Virus record (IMG/VR): IMGVR_UViG_3300034196_000151
DNA from: a virus
Lineage: Duplodnaviria; Heunggongvirae; Uroviricota; Caudoviricetes
DNA length: 47,465 bases
Reading direction: 5' to 3' (one strand)
Below the pieces are notes generated by a model. It was given only the letters and a program-made list of their open reading frames with translations. It was not told the DNA's origin and did not search any database. Made by a program: the position numbers and the translations under genes. Positions 36,362 to 44,545 of this stretch are shown here, in pieces. How positions within the stretch are numbered: position 1 is the first letter of the stretch; every line of letters starts with the position of its first letter.

Positions 36362-36528
36362 TGGTAGCTGTTGATGGGGTCGAACCACCAAGTTAGGACT
36401 ATTTCATAAGCCTCAGAGTACGTGCGGCCTCGTCTGACTTACTATTTCATCTTCACTCTGCCTCCACATCCACGGTTTTTGATGTTTGCACGTATAACAC
36501 CGCCAACCGATCCAGTTTAGCAACAGCC
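36362..36528 (-). ncRNA. 167-nt tRNA-mimic RNA, candidate miniature tmRNA-like RNA
   Basis: Acceptor GGCUGUU/AACAGCU-A-CCA; T arm GGUGG-UUCGACC-CCAUC; 13-nt stemless D-loop with CUGGAU; P2-like GGUUGG/CUAACU; UAUACGU-GCA-AAC resume-like motif; 15-codon frame ending UAG UAA. Confidence 0.7.
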
Positions 36529-36542
36529 AGAAATCTTAAATT

Positions 36543-36627
36543 TGGTGCCCAAGGTCGGACTCGAACCGACACTCCTTTCGGAAGCGGATTTTGAATCCGC
36601 CGCGTCTACCAATTTCACCACATGGGC
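36543..36627 (-). tRNA. tRNA-Leu (CAA)
   Basis: GCCCATG/CTTGGGC acceptor; loop TT-CAA-AA; long variable arm; GGTTCGA; CCA. Confidence 0.95.
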
Positions 36628-36657
36628 GTGGTTGTTTCTCTACTCTTTATGCATTGC

Positions 36658-36686
36658 AGTATATCAAGGTTTAGACAAAACTGCAA
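36658..36686 (-). promoter_or_regulatory. Sigma70 promoter of the tRNA-Leu(CAA)/tmRNA-like operon
   Basis: TTGCAG-17-TATACT. Confidence 0.75.
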
Positions 36687-36713
36687 CACTTTTTTCGATA
36701 TTTTCAATAAAAT

Positions 36714-36908
36714 TCATTCCATCAAATCTTTCGCAGCCGACTTATATCCACGATTCCATGCATATTGCAGCATAGCATCCAAAGATTTCAACTGTTCATC
36801 AGTCCAACCTTCGGTAGATGGCAAAGACATAGAACCACCTGCCAGACGTTTGTTTCCTGCAGCGTCTTTCATAATTTCTTTGATGTCATCATGAATATAA
36901 CCAGCCAT
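36714..36908 (-). CDS. Small hypothetical protein (64 aa)
   Basis: SD GAGGTG before MAGYI. Confidence 0.55.
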   Translation of the reverse strand: MAGYIHDDIKEIMKDAAGNKRLAGGSMSLPSTEGWTDEQLKSLDAMLQYAWNRGYKSAAKDLME

Positions 36909-36977
36909 ACGCACCTCAATATTAAAAGTATAGAGATTATCTCAACAGCCGTATTATATCAAAGAAATGGGGCTAAA

Positions 36978-37316
36978 TCAAACCCTATCTGGATAGTTTT
37001 CAAATGAAAAACCTTTATCAATAATATGACGCATAAGATCAAGGGGATGACAAGATTTTGTAACTTCAATCAAATAAGCACTGATTGCAAGGTCAAACTG
37101 TTCAAACGCGAGTCTGTCTTTGTCAGGGCACTCATGCCATTGTGTGCCAAAAACAGAAATAATTTCAATCGGCCCATCAGAATCAATAGTTGCATTCCTG
37201 ATGCTAATTCTTTTGATAATATTGGTGTCAACGACTGTAGCCGTGATGATGTAAACAGAATCATTGTTAACATAAGACCCAATGTCAACAAAATATTTTT
37301 CTACCGTAGGCGTCAT
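36978..37316 (-). CDS. Hypothetical protein (112 aa)
   Basis: SD GAGGT; promoter. Confidence 0.6.
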   Translation of the reverse strand: MTPTVEKYFVDIGSYVNNDSVYIITATVVDTNIIKRISIRNATIDSDGPIEIISVFGTQWHECPDKDRLAFEQFDLAISAYLIEVTKSCHPLDLMRHIIDKGFSFENYPDRV

Positions 37317-37381
37317 GGTGATGACCTCAAAATTGATAAAACAATTATAGCAAAACTCAAAGGTGAAGACAACGCTTTTAA

Positions 37382-37654
37382 TTATTCAACAAGTTCCTTC
37401 AAAAAAAAGCTAACTGGACTTTCTCTGCGATTTACCATCGACTGAGTGTGAACGTCAGTCGGACTTTTCAACATAAGTCGCATAAGATCATCGACATGTT
37501 CAATGTCGTCTCCGGCTTTATCCAGATAAAAGCATTCAAGATGATCATTCCAAACACACAGGACACGACGCCATGCGTTAATGTCAGCCATATTTTTACC
37601 ATTATCAAAAGTAAACAGCTCATTATTACAAAGCAAAATGTATTTTTTGGTCAT
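37382..37654 (-). CDS. Hypothetical protein (90 aa)
   Basis: ORF on the dominant strand. Confidence 0.6.
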   Translation of the reverse strand: MTKKYILLCNNELFTFDNGKNMADINAWRRVLCVWNDHLECFYLDKAGDDIEHVDDLMRLMLKSPTDVHTQSMVNRRESPVSFFLKELVE

Positions 37655-37726
37655 GTTTTTCTCAACAATTGCGTTTTTAATAGAAAAAGACCGTATAACG
37701 GCCTTTTAGTTTAATTTAAGGGTTTC

Positions 37727-38005
37727 TTACATCGGGCCGAAAGGGTTTTTTTGAGTGCCGTTCAAACTGCGAGCTTCGACAGGCGGTTCGTAGTCATAAG
37801 CAGCCTGAATACATTTACGCGGTGTGCCACATTTCAGGTTGCGAACACATTTACCGGCATGGCCTTCACTGGCATCGCCACGGTATTCATCAAGACCTGT
37901 GTAGCCATTTCGGCTTTGTGCGGCCAAGTAGTAGCCGGAACCAGCCAAGTTTTTGTTAACTTCGTTGAGTTCAGCGTAAAGGTCTTTGCGAGTATAACGG
38001 GACAT
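37727..38005 (-). CDS. Phage-type hypothetical protein (92 aa)
   Basis: SD GAGG; TATAAT promoter. Confidence 0.6.
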   Translation of the reverse strand: MSRYTRKDLYAELNEVNKNLAGSGYYLAAQSRNGYTGLDEYRGDASEGHAGKCVRNLKCGTPRKCIQAAYDYEPPVEARSLNGTQKNPFGPM

Positions 38006-38078
38006 GGTATAGCCTCACTGGGTTGGTGTGGTAATTATATCAATGTTGCCCAACGAAAACAACATTTTTCTCCGTTTT

Positions 38079-38339
38079 TTATTTAAAAATCAAAAAGTCC
38101 AAAGCGTGTGGGTGATTGGACAGGTAAACAAAGGCGAAAAAGCCAAACGGGACAAGCGAAAAACCTACAATCATAATACGAAGACCCCATATAAAACCTT
38201 GAGCTAAATAATCTTCTTTATTTTCTTCGGCCTCGGGTCGCATAACTTTTACGCCAAGATTATGTACAACAATCATAAGAACAACAAACAAAACACAAGC
38301 TGTAAGACCAGTCACATCACCTATGGTCATCTGATACAT
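38079..38339 (-). CDS. Small two-TM membrane protein (86 aa)
   Basis: Two hydrophobic helices; SD GAGGG. Confidence 0.65.
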   Translation of the reverse strand: MYQMTIGDVTGLTACVLFVVLMIVVHNLGVKVMRPEAEENKEDYLAQGFIWGLRIMIVGFSLVPFGFFAFVYLSNHPHALDFLIFK

Positions 38340-38362
38340 GTTGTAAACCCTCAGTTAAAAGA

Positions 38363-38866
38363 TTAAAGACCCAGACTGGTCAAAATGAACTTTTCACGGT
38401 TCTGCAAGAACTCATGCTGTGGAACCTTACCAGAAATGGCGGGACGCCCACCGGATTTAATGGTGTCAATGCGAGCTTGTAGGCTGCGAATTTGAGCTTC
38501 CAAAGATGCGACTTCTTTGGCATCTTCTTCATTGGCTTTCGCAAAAGCTTCGGCAATCTTATTTTTAACGAACGCAACAACCCGATCATGGTCATGAACA
38601 AAATGATAAAGGCTATTGTCAATGTTGTAAGTATAATCTCGGCACTTACCATCTTTCTGGTTAAAGATGAATCGGTCATTGTGAGCATCGTAGTTCATAG
38701 GTTTCGTCACATCGTAACGAGTTACCGAAAAATGCTCAGCCGTTGCACTGGTGACGGTTTGGATAAATTGAGATTCAAACTGAGAAAAGTGAAAGGAGTT
38801 GTCCCACAAAGACAGGTCGGACAAGTTGATAACCTTATCACCTACGTTGTATTTGAATTCTGACAT
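38363..38866 (-). CDS. Hypothetical protein with C-terminal coiled coil (167 aa)
   Basis: Start MSEFKY after SD GGAG. Confidence 0.65.
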   Translation of the reverse strand: MSEFKYNVGDKVINLSDLSLWDNSFHFSQFESQFIQTVTSATAEHFSVTRYDVTKPMNYDAHNDRFIFNQKDGKCRDYTYNIDNSLYHFVHDHDRVVAFVKNKIAEAFAKANEEDAKEVASLEAQIRSLQARIDTIKSGGRPAISGKVPQHEFLQNREKFILTSLGL

Positions 38867-38960
38867 GTCACTCTCCCATTCGTTTAGAAATTGATTATAC
38901 AACAAAAAAAAGATTTTATCAAACAAAATTAATTAAAAGACTTCGATTAGATAGACAATC

Positions 38961-39410
38961 TCAACCAATAGGGCTAGAAAATGAAGCATGCACAGCCAAT
39001 ACCCGCTTCAAGGCTTCTTCCACTTGATGAACTTTATCTTCTGGAATTAAAAGCATTAGATTTTTAATTTCGGCGTCTAATTGTTCTTGCTTTAAGAGAT
39101 GGGGGTTTGATTGCGTCTTTAATGCGTTAGTTTCTTCTGGGGTGTGATGATGTTGAATGGCTTTTGAATAGCTAATCCAACTATCATGAAGGCACTGTTT
39201 ATTGCCCAACGAATTTAAAATTTCAAACTCGCTGGTATCAATAATCAGTTTTTTTGAAAGCGTCAAACTTTCTGTAGAATGCCAAAAAAAGTCAGCCAAC
39301 GGTTTAATTTGAGCTGCAGTGAAACCAAAGTCTTTACGGACTTCTTGAATCCAAATAAGCTTTGATTTAGTGCCCGAATCCAACCAATCAGCATTCAATT
39401 TAACTTTCAT
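38961..39410 (-). CDS. Hypothetical protein (149 aa)
   Basis: Start MKVKLN; promoter upstream. Confidence 0.6.
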   Translation of the reverse strand: MKVKLNADWLDSGTKSKLIWIQEVRKDFGFTAAQIKPLADFFWHSTESLTLSKKLIIDTSEFEILNSLGNKQCLHDSWISYSKAIQHHHTPEETNALKTQSNPHLLKQEQLDAEIKNLMLLIPEDKVHQVEEALKRVLAVHASFSSPIG

Positions 39411-39486
39411 AAAAAAGCTCCATAATTTGAGCAATTATAGAGCCTTTGTGTTGTTAAGTCAATGTTATTGAATCCATTAACCGGAG

Positions 39487-39708
39487 TTAGGAGATGAAGC
39501 CATGCTCTTTCAATTGAACAGCAATTTCAGCGTGAGCATAAGTGGTTTGCTCATCCATATCATTGCCATACAGAGCCGCTTTTTCTACACGGTCGCCATC
39601 AATCGAATCAAACAGATTATTCAACTCGTCTTCCGAAGCTTGAACAGCACCATGCTTTGCCAGAACAGCGGCTACATCATCAACGCTGATACCAAATGCC
39701 ATGCCCAT
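39487..39708 (-). CDS. Small acidic hypothetical protein (73 aa)
   Basis: SD GGGAG. Confidence 0.55.
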   Translation of the reverse strand: MGMAFGISVDDVAAVLAKHGAVQASEDELNNLFDSIDGDRVEKAALYGNDMDEQTTYAHAEIAVQLKEHGFIS

Positions 39709-39777
39709 AACTATTGCTCCCATTATCAAATATTGAAGCCATTATAACAGACATTATTCAAGCTGTATAGAAAAACT

Positions 39778-40005
39778 TCATTTTGATCGGCGGTAATTTT
39801 TACCGTAAGGTCTGTCAAACCGCTGGTAATACAAACGAGTATTAGGATTGATAACAATCGGCTCGACGTAATCCACAAACCCATTAGGGTGAACCAAGAA
39901 ATCACCAGTCGTAATAGGGATATTTGAGTCGATACGCATGGCTCGACCTAATCCGATGTGCCGCCCACCGCCACCACCAATAATAATAATCTCTTTGCTA
40001 TACAT
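39778..40005 (-). CDS. Small hypothetical protein (75 aa), paralog of 40023-40241
   Basis: Shared C-terminal R(F/N)D(R/K)PYGKxYR motif. Confidence 0.6.
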   Translation of the reverse strand: MYSKEIIIIGGGGGRHIGLGRAMRIDSNIPITTGDFLVHPNGFVDYVEPIVINPNTRLYYQRFDRPYGKNYRRSK

Positions 40006-40022
40006 GAAATAAGAACTCCTGA

Positions 40023-40241
40023 TTATTTGGATTTTCCAAGAAACGAGTTACGGTATTTTTTACCGTAGGGTTTATCATTACGTTCATAGCGAACACCCTT
40101 ATCGTTCTTAAATTCAGCCAGCAATTTACTGGAAACTAAAACAAGGGGCGTCAACCGAGATACAAAGATACCGACACCGGAGCGACCATTGCTCAAACCA
40201 TGAACGATGATGTTATGACCGTAACTACGTTGAGTTGTCAT
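40023..40241 (-). CDS. Small hypothetical protein (72 aa)
   Basis: Start MTTQRS; paralog of the downstream gene. Confidence 0.6.
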   Translation of the reverse strand: MTTQRSYGHNIIVHGLSNGRSGVGIFVSRLTPLVLVSSKLLAEFKNDKGVRYERNDKPYGKKYRNSFLGKSK

Positions 40242-40379
40242 GTTAACTACACTCTTGTTAAGAATGTTGATTATACATGAATAACAGCAATTTTTCAATC
40301 AATCAAACCAACAAAAAACCCCTAATGACCGAAATCAAAAGGGGCTTTCAAAAGGGGCTTTGAGGGTTACTAAGCAGGC

Positions 40380-40877
40380 TTAGGAGTCTGTTTCACGGGT
40401 GGAGTCGTAAAACATGTGGCTTCCGATAGAGTTAACGTGTGTCATGTTCTTAGACCAACTAGGAGCTTCGATAGACGTGTTAAAGAAATGGTCAGCACCT
40501 TTGGCATAATCTGGATATTTGTTGTCCAGCAAACCTTGGGCGATAACTTTCAACTTGTCATTTTTGATTTGTTTTGGCTTCCCGCCAAGAAGCTCACACA
40601 CATATGAAAACTGACAAATGATCTTGTTTTTGATAGTCACTTTCTTATCGACAACTGCGACAATCGTGTCACCAGCCCGAGCAGTTCGATTTAGAACCAC
40701 TTGACCAACAGCAATAATACCTTCTTTGGTTTCACCCCGAGCTTCAAAGTAAAGAACCTCGGCCAACTTCAAGCATTCATCATTCGAGTCGCAACGGCTA
40801 ACAGCCTCTTTTTCAGCAGCGAAAACAGTCGAGGCACTAAGGGCCAGTAGAATTGTAAGGTTTTTCAAAATCATCAT
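40380..40877 (-). CDS. Cell-wall hydrolase, SleB/Hydrolase_2 family (lytic transglycosylase), secreted
   Basis: Signal peptide; CL..LAEVLYFEARGE, AVGQVVLNR, CQFSY, ADHFFN and IGSHMFY motifs. Confidence 0.9.
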   Translation of the reverse strand: MMILKNLTILLALSASTVFAAEKEAVSRCDSNDECLKLAEVLYFEARGETKEGIIAVGQVVLNRTARAGDTIVAVVDKKVTIKNKIICQFSYVCELLGGKPKQIKNDKLKVIAQGLLDNKYPDYAKGADHFFNTSIEAPSWSKNMTHVNSIGSHMFYDSTRETDS

Positions 40878-40986
40878 AACTTACTATCTCCTTCAAAGGA
40901 CCGATATTATAATGCTATGGACTTTGAAGGTCAACCCAAGATAAAGAACGAAAAATCATATAAAACTGGGTTTTAATAGCTAAAAC

Positions 40987-41601
40987 TTATGGTTGGTAGT
41001 AGCCCCACTGATAAGAGTCATGAATGCCTGCAAATGAGACGCTGCCCACATCCAGAAAGTCACCTTTAAAATGAATATCGAATAATTCGTCAGCACAACA
41101 GCCCCCGATTTCACCACCCACCAGAATAGGTTTTTCAGTGCCCCATGCCTTGATAATCTCGAAAGCGGCATTGGTCATAGGAGGCCAGCAAAGAATGAGA
41201 ACGTCCATCTGGTCATAATACTGACGAACAGCGTCTAAACCTGACATTTGCGTCACATTAAGGTAATTAAGTGACCAAGAGTTATCATCGGTTGCCAAAA
41301 CAGACACACCAGCTTGGTTCAAATGATGGGCCAAACGTCCACGACCGGCCATGACTTCAAGGCAGCGTTTACCTTTCAGCAGATCAGCCAAGTTATTAAC
41401 GAGTGTTTTGGTAACGAGTGCATAAATGCCGGATTTAATGCACGCTTCGTGAAAAGCAGAATTTTGATAATAACTGTAATCAAAATTATCAGAACAAACA
41501 TCGTATTCAAGCATGGTCAAGTCAGCCAGTTGATTGTTTTTTACCGCGTCAAGGTATTCAACATAAGAAGGATGAACAAGTGGATGCAGTTTCTGAATCA
41601 T
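40987..41601 (-). CDS. SAM-dependent methyltransferase-like protein
   Basis: CLEVMAGRG motif I; ATDD; LILCWPP. Confidence 0.7.
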   Translation of the reverse strand: MIQKLHPLVHPSYVEYLDAVKNNQLADLTMLEYDVCSDNFDYSYYQNSAFHEACIKSGIYALVTKTLVNNLADLLKGKRCLEVMAGRGRLAHHLNQAGVSVLATDDNSWSLNYLNVTQMSGLDAVRQYYDQMDVLILCWPPMTNAAFEIIKAWGTEKPILVGGEIGGCCADELFDIHFKGDFLDVGSVSFAGIHDSYQWGYYQP

Positions 41602-41712
41602 GGCCGGTGCCTAAATGGTTTCAATGACCCATTATACCATAATTAGAATCAAAAAAACCTAAATTTAGCAATTTAGGCTTCTTATTTTGAGGTTTTTCGA
41701 GATTTGTGTGAG

Positions 41713-41934
41713 TTAATACAACTCACTAATTTTATCGATCAGCCGAAGTTTTTGTTCATCAGACAGCAAATTATCGTCCATAACAATGTTTTTCAGTGTT
41801 AAAAATGTCGGTACCGCTTTGGCACTTGATCGCAATGGTGGCGGTGCGGCTGAGGCTGCAGGTCGGCTCACTGGAGCGTGCTCCCCGTTTCTTTTAAAAA
41901 TTTCCGGCATCGGTTGGGCGGCTTTGGCGGTCAT
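41713..41934 (-). CDS. Small hypothetical protein (73 aa)
   Basis: SD GGAG; terminator downstream. Confidence 0.55.
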   Translation of the reverse strand: MTAKAAQPMPEIFKRNGEHAPVSRPAASAAPPPLRSSAKAVPTFLTLKNIVMDDNLLSDEQKLRLIDKISELY

Positions 41935-41963
41935 AATACTATCTCCACTTGTTGTATTAATTC

Positions 41964-42440
41964 TTATTTTTTGACAAATTCATTTTTTTCACGATATATC
42001 GCATTTTCTTTCAAATAATGCGTTGCAACTTCCACGACTTGGCTTAATGTGATGATTTTAGCATTAAAATCAATCCGTGTATACCAGTCAGAAGAGCAAG
42101 AGTGGTGACATTCCTTCATGGCAGGTTTCACCAGTGCAGCAATAGCCGCCACATGTTGTTTTTTCAAAAAAGGAACCACCAAGCCAACATAAAAGCGAAC
42201 AACCCGGTCAAACTCTTCCTTGTAAAATTTGTTGTCATGGGTCAAAACATCGGAATTAGACCAAGAAGATTGAAAGTGACTAGACACTTCATAAACATAA
42301 GCCAACCGGCCATCTTTATCTATTTCTGCATAGGTTTCCGCACCGCCACAGCCTTTATATTTTGAAAAAATATGAGTTGCAAACGCCATGAATGCTTTAT
42401 TGATAGCAATTTGATTAGTGTTGACCCAATACTTTTTCAT
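41964..42440 (-). CDS. Hypothetical protein (158 aa)
   Basis: Start MKKYWV after SD AAGGA. Confidence 0.65.
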   Translation of the reverse strand: MKKYWVNTNQIAINKAFMAFATHIFSKYKGCGGAETYAEIDKDGRLAYVYEVSSHFQSSWSNSDVLTHDNKFYKEEFDRVVRFYVGLVVPFLKKQHVAAIAALVKPAMKECHHSCSSDWYTRIDFNAKIITLSQVVEVATHYLKENAIYREKNEFVKK

Positions 42441-42563
42441 GATAAAAGTCCTTATGGTTGAATGGCTATTATAGAACAAAAATGATTCAAATACCATATT
42501 TTTTTTTGAGAATAAAAAAACCTAAATTTCGCAATTTAGGCTTGTTTGTGATACCGCTGAGAC

Positions 42564-42683
42564 TTAGCGTTTTACTGGTGCCTTGTCGTGTCGAGCAAAG
42601 AACATGTGGTATCCGATGTAAGCTGGAAAGATAAAAGGCAGGCAACTTGCTGAAACAACCAGTGAAACAAGTTCATTTTTCAT
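42564..42683 (-). CDS. Small membrane peptide (39 aa, MKNELVSLVVSASCLPFIFPAYIGYHMFFARHDKAPVKR)
   Basis: Read by hand; SD GAGGA; terminator similar to 41653-41680 follows. Confidence 0.5.
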   Translation of the reverse strand: MKNELVSLVVSASCLPFIFPAYIGYHMFFARHDKAPVKR

Positions 42684-42751
42684 GATTTGAATCCTCTTGG
42701 GTTATATTCACAGTTTAACACTACAATCAACTTACATTCAATACCCGTCTG

Positions 42752-43015
42752 TCAGCGAAACAGTTTTTTCAGGCTGCGATTGATATTGTTATTCAACTTC
42801 TTGTCCAGCTCACGGAAAGACTGACGAACTTGTTTTTTAGGCAGGTTCTCGTAGTAACGAACTTTCGATTTGGCCTGACTGGTAGTCGAGCGGTACATAG
42901 GGGAAGAAACATCCCAACCACGACTACCATTGTATTTGATGCGAATTGGATCACTAGCCGCCGAAGCCAAGGTGGTGAACAAGCAAAGAACAACAGCGAT
43001 AATGAATTTGTTCAT
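42752..43015 (-). CDS. Secreted basic hypothetical protein (87 aa)
   Basis: Signal peptide; SD AAGGGG. Confidence 0.65.
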   Translation of the reverse strand: MNKFIIAVVLCLFTTLASAASDPIRIKYNGSRGWDVSSPMYRSTTSQAKSKVRYYENLPKKQVRQSFRELDKKLNNNINRSLKKLFR

Positions 43016-43094
43016 GATAAACCCCTTTTCTCTTGATGGGATAATTATACCACTCTACACCATTAACCGCAATCAATTTCATGAAAAGTTACAT

Positions 43095-43586
43095 TTAGTA
43101 ATCGGGGTAAGGAAAGGTGGTGTCTTTCTTTTTAACACTAAAATAGCTGTTAGCTACGCCAAAGAAGTGAAATATCAAAGCACCCAACATAACCATAGTA
43201 ATTGATATATTAAAAACGGCTGCAAACATGAAAGTATTTCGCCAGCCCGTTTGAAGTTTATGGCTACGAGCAAAAAGATAAACGTCACCAATTGCCGCAT
43301 TGGAGTGGGTGGTTTCTTGAATCTCTACTTGTTTATTTGCATTGATTTCAGCAAAATAAAACGTCCCATAGTAGCGATATTCCACTCGTTGTTTATATTT
43401 ATGTGGGTAAGCTTTTGGATCTTTCCAGATCAGCTTGGCCGGAACCTCTTCATGATACCAAGACAAAAACGCAAAGCTTACTGGTGTCATTGCCATAATA
43501 AGGACAATAATGGTTGACATGACAATGTTTTCAAAGAACATTTGCTTAAATTGAGCAGTGTACGTTGACCAAAATGTGCGTTTCAT
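43095..43586 (-). CDS. Two-TM membrane protein (163 aa)
   Basis: Hydrophobic helices flanking a soluble domain. Confidence 0.65.
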   Translation of the reverse strand: MKRTFWSTYTAQFKQMFFENIVMSTIIVLIMAMTPVSFAFLSWYHEEVPAKLIWKDPKAYPHKYKQRVEYRYYGTFYFAEINANKQVEIQETTHSNAAIGDVYLFARSHKLQTGWRNTFMFAAVFNISITMVMLGALIFHFFGVANSYFSVKKKDTTFPYPDY

Positions 43587-43681
43587 GAGCAATTCACCTA
43601 TAATTTAGATGGCTTAGTATAACAAATAATCAAACAAAAAGAAAGGGCCGAAGCCCTTGTCTAAGTGATTAATAACAATGT

Positions 43682-44071
43682 TTAGCTCTTTTTACTCATC
43701 ATGTCTCTCAAAAGCTTTTTCCGGCGAGACTTGTGTTCATCGAACTTATTACCATGAAGACGATGAAAACCATACAGTTTTTTCTGTTCTGGTGTTGCTA
43801 GTTTGGCTTCAACAATCTGTTGGAGAGCATCAGCTTCCAACGTAGAGAGTTCACGGGCGTTCAGGATATTCATATTGTAATCAAACATTTCACGAGGGCA
43901 AGAATATGCTTTACCAGCCACCTCAAACCAGCATTCATTACCTTGAAGAAACCAACCAGTAACATTAAGTTTTGGTTCGATTTCAGTGTATGGACCCATA
44001 CGAACTGTATCGGCAAACCCACGTTTTTTCGGGTTCATCCAACCGTCAAGTTCCAAACATTTAATGGTCAT
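43682..44071 (-). CDS. Hypothetical protein (129 aa)
   Basis: ORF with UUCG terminator. Confidence 0.6.
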   Translation of the reverse strand: MTIKCLELDGWMNPKKRGFADTVRMGPYTEIEPKLNVTGWFLQGNECWFEVAGKAYSCPREMFDYNMNILNARELSTLEADALQQIVEAKLATPEQKKLYGFHRLHGNKFDEHKSRRKKLLRDMMSKKS

Positions 44072-44104
44072 TGAGAAATTCTCTATCTCTTGAATATGGG
44101 AGTA

Positions 44105-44479
44105 TTATACCATAGGTTGATAAGAAACACCAATACCGTTTTTACGCCAAAAAGCTTTACTGTGTTTGCTACCCGAAAGAGTTCTGCATTTTTGCTGAGT
44201 GTGAGCTTTAATGATTTCGGAACCAATACCTTTACGTCTATAGGCGGCACGAATAAAACATTGAAGAGTAGTGCGGTATTTAAAGGCAATTCCAACAGGT
44301 TTTTCACCATCATAAGCAAGGCTGATTTCAATCTCAACTGGATCGGTGTAGCCATTCACCACTGAGTTCAAATCACAAATAAGGTTCCAACCGGGAATGC
44401 ACAGGCGGTGGGTTTTTGCAATCTGGCAAAATTCGATAGTTTGAGATTTACCTGCAGCAGTCTTGTAAGTAATATCCAT
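44105..44479 (-). CDS. GNAT-family N-acetyltransferase-like protein
   Basis: FIRAAYRRKGIGSEII acetyl-CoA motif A; AFWRKNG. Confidence 0.7.
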   Translation of the reverse strand: MDITYKTAAGKSQTIEFCQIAKTHRLCIPGWNLICDLNSVVNGYTDPVEIEISLAYDGEKPVGIAFKYRTTLQCFIRAAYRRKGIGSEIIKAHTQQKCRTLSGSKHSKAFWRKNGIGVSYQPMV

Positions 44480-44545
44480 GACAAAACACCTTTGTTTGTC
44501 TTTGTGATGGGTGTATTTTACCAAAAAAAGAAGACTTTAACAACA

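Noticed and set aside
36362-36528. tRNA interrupted by a group I intron (AUGAAAUAGUCC resembles the S element AAGAUAUAGUCC)
   Set aside because: The insert is only ~105 nt, has no GACUA partner for P7, no P9 and no anticodon stem to restore, and the D region lacks canonical positions 8-9 and a D stem
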